In this document: one piece after another, positions 59,385 through 64,000 of the stretch
Layout: each line of letters starts with the position of its first letter
Position numbering within the stretch: position 1 is the stretch's first letter
From: Fistulifera solaris
Lineage: Eukaryota
Assembly: GCA_030295235.1 (NCBI GenBank)
Contig: AP026152.1
Span: 620,001 to 684,000, forward strand
Length of the DNA: 64,000 nucleotides
Direction: 5' to 3'
Position numbers and translations under genes: made by a program
The notes under the pieces: generated by a model
Told to the model about the DNA's origin: nothing
The model's input: only the letters and a program-made list of their open reading frames with translations
Database searches by the model: none

Positions 59385-60708
59385 CTACATACTGTAAAAC
59401 GACAATTCCCGTTCTCGATTGTTGACCGCTCTCTTGTACGCTTCATCAAAGTCCTTCGGAAGCACGACATATCGATTCTCTCGGACCGCTCGCAAGCCGG
59501 CTTCCGTACAGATCGCCGCAATATCCGCACTGCTCACTTTTTCCGAGCGATTGACATAATCTTCCAAATCCAACTCTTCTGACAAATTCATTTTCGAAGT
59601 CGCCGCCTGAAAGACCATGCGCTTTTGTCGGCGATCGGGATTGGGGAATTCAATTTTACGATCCAATCGTCCCGGACGCAACAATGCCGGATCCAAAGTA
59701 TCGGCGCGATTCGTGGCCATGATGACTTTGATGTTGGTCGTCTGATCAAAACCATCCATCTGATTCAACAATTCAAGCAGAATGCGTTGAACTTCACGAT
59801 CGGCTCCGGTCTGAGCATCGAAACGCTTGGTCGCAATTGCATCGACTTCATCAATAAACACAATGCAGGGCGAGTTTTCACGCGCCAATCGAAAAACATC
59901 TCGCACCATGCGGGGCCCTTCTCCGAGATATTTCTGCACAAACTCGGAACCGACCATGCTGATAAAGGTCGCTTCGGTCGCATTCGCGACAGCCTTGGCC
60001 ATCATGGTCTTTTCCCGTCCCGGGCGGACCGTACAACAAGACACCTCGCGGTGGATCAATGCCAATTTGTTGATAAAGATGATGCTGAATGAGTGGCAAT
60101 TCGATGGCTTCGCGGACTTCTTGTTTTTGCATGTCCATGCCACCAATGTCTTTGTACGTGACATCGGGTTTTTCGGCCATGAGTTTGACAGTACTATCGG
60201 ACTCGGGCGGCAATATATCGACGACCGAATGACTGTGTCGATGCAAGGCAATGCTCGTGTTGGGTTTGAGCAATTCTCGATCGAGGGTACTGAGGACACG
60301 CACGTAATAATTGGAGCCCGCCGTCGAACTGACAATCCCGTAATTGACATCAATCATTTCATTGAATTGACCAATAACTAAAGGAACACTTTGGATACGA
60401 CGAATCTCTTCTTTCGCGCGAAGCAATTCGCGTTGCAAGTGACGCATTTCGTCTTTGAGATATTCTTCTTGCAGTTCAACAAATTCGAGTTGCTTTTCCA
60501 AGGCTTTGACTTCATGAAAGAGATCGGGAGGATTTGACGATGTTTCGGCTGATTCAAGTTCATCGTTTAATAATGCGGTAGACGACTGTGAGGGGAGCAT
60601 AGCAGTGATTGAGTAAGAATACGATGCAAAGCAAAAGGAATTGAAAGGAGACAAGCGACTACTTACCTTTTCGAGGATCGGAGCACTCATTACCGCAGCA
60701 GATGCCAT
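59385..60708 (-). CDS. RPT3: 26S proteasome AAA-ATPase RPT3 (PSMC4); intron 60586-60666, frameshift ~60012
   Basis: [35 protein letters not shown] and [31 protein letters not shown]. Confidence 0.96.
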
Positions 60709-60932
60709 TTTGTTGTAATTCAAAGATCAGTTAAGCGATGAAGACTCAAGAAACTAGTTTATTTGATTATTGAGCGACAGGTAGTAGAGTTGCGTTGTGC
60801 TTTGATTGTTATATTTCATTCGATTATATCGTGTGTCATGGTCAAGCAAAAAGCAAAACGATGAACGCCGAACGACGTCGAAAGATGCAGATCGCATTCG
60901 CACCGGTTAACCACAGTACAAAGTTTACATAG

Positions 60933-61275
60933 CCAGAAACTGTGGGTACGTGTTATTATCACGTGCCCAGAAATGTGAGCGCGTGTTTTTATCACGAATC
61001 CAGAAAATGTGGGTATGTATTATTGTCACGTGTCCAGAAATTGTGGGTGAGTGATTTTTCACTTCTCCAGAAAAAATGTTGGAGTGTGTTTTTATTACCT
61101 GGTACGTCTCCAGAAAATGTGAGTACGTGTTATTATCACGTGTTCAGAAAATGTGGGCGAGTGATTTTTCACATATCCAGAAAATGTGGGGTCGCGATGT
61201 TCTCAAATCTCCAGAAATTGTGGGCGAGTGATGTTTTCACGTTTCCAGAAAATGTGGGGAAGTGGTTTTTGACGT
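60933..61275 (+). repeat. Minisatellite, about 10 copies of ~33 bp (CCAGAAAATGTGGG..GTG(W)nTCAC..), in the RPT3/SET divergent intergenic region
   Basis: CCAGAAA recurs every 33-34 bp (one 43-bp unit); units are diverged but alignable. Confidence 0.9.
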
Positions 61276-61388
61276 CTTCGCGTGTGCATCGAACGTCAAC
61301 AACACGCAATCAATCGTCATTCTAATTGACATTCTTATCTTCGTTAAATTGCATCTCACAAGCTTCGATATCCTATCACAACTACAAG

Positions 61389-62495
61389 ATGCACTTCTTT
61401 ACACAAGTCATCACAGCCGCATTTGCCTTGCAATACAGACACCATTCTTGTCGGTCTCATCACAACATTCCGTCGACATCCTATCGTCTCTCCTTGTCAT
61501 CCGAGAGCCACACTGACAACCAAAAATACCAAGACATGCTCGAATGGCTAAAATCAAAAGGTGCCGATATCAATTCAAAGATAGAAATACGTCCCAGTAC
61601 ACGACAGGGCAGTGGTTACGGAGTGTTTGTCAATGATGCAGTGGACGCCGATGAACTCCTTTTCACCATTCCAAGATCGGCATGTATTACGTTAGATCAA
61701 GCCTTACAAGATGAAGCGTGCGGAAAAATCTTTCAAAAGATCATTGATCAGGCGGGTCCGGGTGGTGCCACGGTCGCCATGGCGGGATTTATGGCCAAGG
61801 AATGGTTGTTGACACCCACGGACAGCAACCCCACGCAGGACACACCGTTTGGACCGTATCTGAGGACATTGCCGTGGGCTCGGGGTGTCAACAATCAAGA
61901 ACACATTCTATTTTGGTCCAATCAAGAGATTGAAACGTCTTTAAAAGGATCTATGTGTTATTCGGAAGCAACGGCTTTGCGAGAAGAAGTCAAATTGGCC
62001 ATTCGTGTATTGAATGGGATTGTAAAGCCACCCATCGAAGCAGAGCGACGAAAAGAACGGGGAGAAGAAGAAGAACAAAAGAGTGGTTTTACATGGCCGT
62101 GGCAAGCCGAGTCGTCAAACGAGGATACGACTAGTATTTTAGAAGGATTGCCCGAAGCGGTCAAAGGGGCTTTTGTTTGCTTATTAACACGAGCGTTTGA
62201 AGATGAAGGGGATGCCGAAAAGTTAGTTCCCATGTTGGATATGATGCAACACAGTGAAGATCCTTCCATTTCTCATGTCATGCGCAAATCGGATGGTAGT
62301 GTGCAAGTCCGAGCGCGGAAAGCATTGGAGGGTGGTGAAGAACTTTTCAATCAGTATCGTTCCGAGTTGGAAGAAAGCATGCCGTATCATCGTTTCTTTA
62401 CACGGTATGGCTTTGTTCCCGGAGTAGAAGAAGATATGATGAATTTGTTACAAGACAAATCTTCTATCTTCTTTGCTCAAACAGCCGAAGTTTAA
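61389..62495 (+). CDS. SET-domain protein (Rubisco LSMT/SETD3-like), possibly plastid-targeted
   Basis: MLEWLKSKGA..GYGVF..LFTIP, FGPYLRTLP, LLTRAF, LVPMLDMMQH, GEELFNQY and FFTRYGFV. Confidence 0.87.
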   Translation: MHFFTQVITAAFALQYRHHSCRSHHNIPSTSYRLSLSSESHTDNQKYQDMLEWLKSKGADINSKIEIRPSTRQGSGYGVFVNDAVDADELLFTIPRSACITLDQALQDEACGKIFQKIIDQAGPGGATVAMAGFMAKEWLLTPTDSNPTQDTPFGPYLRTLPWARGVNNQEHILFWSNQEIETSLKGSMCYSEATALREEVKLAIRVLNGIVKPPIEAERRKERGEEEEQKSGFTWPWQAESSNEDTTSILEGLPEAVKGAFVCLLTRAFEDEGDAEKLVPMLDMMQHSEDPSISHVMRKSDGSVQVRARKALEGGEELFNQYRSELEESMPYHRFFTRYGFVPGVEEDMMNLLQDKSSIFFAQTAEV

Positions 62496-63202
62496 CGTTG
62501 TAAAGTAATTCTTGATTTCGAAAGAATTTTTGGTGCGTCGGCGTTTGTCATGTCATAAACAATTTCGAGTCCTTCCACTACTAGGTCGTTGTTATTGCTG
62601 TTATTGTCACCGACCTTCCATTTCGTCACCACACGCCGTGGAAAGATCACCGGAATACCCCGATCATCTTCTTGTGTGACCAATTGAAACTCCGAGCTAA
62701 ACACGGTCGATTCCGTACGTTCGGTGGCCCGTTTGGTCACTTTCATTTCTTTTGTTTTCCCATTGTTGTATTCCATTCGCAAGACGTTGGGATTCGATGC
62801 CGACCACTGTGACGATCGTACCGTATTAGCAGTTATCGAATTTTCTAAATTGCCTTGATTGAAAGCACGATCGGCAATGACGATGTCCTCGTCGAATAAA
62901 AGGAAACGAACGGGATATTCCAATAGTGTTGTTTGTTCGTCACTGCTACCAAATGATACTTGTCGACGCATGTTCCAAGTCCCCTGCCACGAAACAGGAT
63001 AATAGACATCCGGAGCTCCATAACCAGGAATTTTGGCTGAAGCACGACGCAATGTTGTTTCGGGAGGCGGTAAGAGAACAAAAAGTGACTGTTGCAGCAT
63101 ATCGCGTCGAGCCAGACTGTGGACTGTCGTCGTCCAAGCCGAGATGAATGGTAAGAAGAAACTGCTGAATAGACATATTGTCAGGCTGGATGTTAGCCTC
63201 AT
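62492..63202 (-). CDS. Uncharacterised plastid protein with RR motif (thylakoid-lumen type, DUF6816-like)
   Basis: Signal peptide ending ISA-W, LARRDMLQQSL motif, DVYYPVSWQGTW, YPVRF, IADRAFN and NPNVLRM. Family call is from memory. Confidence 0.7.
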   Translation of the reverse strand: MRLTSSLTICLFSSFFLPFISAWTTTVHSLARRDMLQQSLFVLLPPPETTLRRASAKIPGYGAPDVYYPVSWQGTWNMRRQVSFGSSDEQTTLLEYPVRFLLFDEDIVIADRAFNQGNLENSITANTVRSSQWSASNPNVLRMEYNNGKTKEMKVTKRATERTESTVFSSEFQLVTQEDDRGIPVIFPRRVVTKWKVGDNNSNNNDLVVEGLEIVYDMTNADAPKILSKSRITLQR

Positions 63203-63865
63203 GATAGTGATACGAGATGCTAAGAAAAGCAATTGTACCAGGTAAGTTGTTGTTGTCGTCAAAAGTGAACGAGAAAAGTGAGTCAGTCGTCACTCTTGTC
63301 ACAACTCGTGACTTGGACCTTGTAAGTAAGTTACCCTCATCCCTTATCATGTTTCGTACTATGAGCTGGTAAGAACTTTTTGTGAGTCAAAAGGGCGACG
63401 TGGCCCAGGATCGGCATCTTTTGACTTTTGACACGGACGGAAAGTTCAATGGGGATAAAGAACGCGCACCGAAGTCTTCTGGAGTCGTGAGTCAGTAGTA
63501 TTTGCAAGACAAGATTTCTGGCGGCAAGATACCACGACGTCATACTACAGCATGGAACAAAGTAAGTTCATTGGAACCTGACGCAGATGTAGGTCACTCT
63601 ACGAAATTCTGACCCATTCTGACGAAATTCGCACGATGGCGGGTTCCGATGCGCCACCAACTCACTCTCGATGAACAGTACAACTCCAAGTGGTACCGGT
63701 ACTCCGAACTCCGTACCTTTTGTACTGCGAATTCCAACTCAGCGCGATCCGATTGAATTCTCAAGAAGAAGAAAAAAAATCTCACAAAAGAGCAACCAAG
63801 CGATCACTCTTCTTTTATTGTTCTTGCTGTTATTGAATGAATCATCATCATTAGCCTACATCATC

Positions 63866-64000
63866 ATGAAAACTTCTTCGACGAATAATACAAGGACTGT
63901 GTATTGTGGCAGAAGCGTACCTTGTGTCTATTCTGCACTCCTTCTTCTTCTTTTCCTGCTTTCCTCATTTACAACACTCCAAGCCTACGTGACATCTCCC
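63866..64000 (+). CDS. Possible 5' end of a signal-peptide-bearing protein (truncated by window)
   Basis: Open frame MKTSSTNNTRTVYCGRSVPCVYSALLLLLFLLSSFTTLQAYVTSP with a hydrophobic core and an LQA-Y site. Confidence 0.4.
   Translation, partial: MKTSSTNNTRTVYCGRSVPCVYSALLLLLFLLSSFTTLQAYVTSP

Noticed and set aside
60933..61275. 33-bp periodic array as a CRISPR array, or the 127-aa ORF as a gene
   Set aside because: Units abut each other without unique spacers and are degenerate. The ORF simply translates the repeat.

Overview
Gene-dense eukaryotic nuclear DNA from a diatom-like alga. Evidence for this: short GT-AG introns, several bipartite plastid presequences (signal peptide + ASAF-like cleavage site), and a cyclase-phosphodiesterase fusion typical of diatoms. 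About 24 protein-coding loci can be supported: MSH2 (partial), a lesion-rich cyclase/PDE, a hypothetical protein, MiaB/CDK5RAP1, LEA_2-like, VIPP1/PspA, two NDUFA4/B12D paralogues, an extended mitochondrial-carrier-family protein, IBA57, RMI1, an ankyrin-like/RING protein, two ARM-repeat proteins, CWC22, PLAC8, a two-domain unknown protein, ARP4-like, an S8 subtilase, DIS3L2, RPF2, OCD/mu-crystallin, a PX protein, RPT3, a SET protein and a lumen-type unknown protein. Many genes are split by single-base indels in homopolymers, most likely consensus errors. The intergenic DNA holds the most unusual structure. A ~50-bp bipartite hairpin motif (ACTAT..AGTGT..CACGACTGGA..AGTCATGA) recurs about 13-14 times and forms the core of two otherwise unrelated tandem arrays. 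There is also a 424-bp dimeric repeat with an inverted solo copy 33 kb away, CCAGA/TCTGG palindromic minisatellites upstream of genes, and a 1.1-kb region full of unrelated 7-bp stutters. The most unusual protein is the carrier, which has a predicted plastid presequence, a twin-arginine-like signal and four GxGY repeats. No rRNA, tRNA, CRISPR array or transposase was found. All assignments come from reading the sequence by eye; no database search was run.
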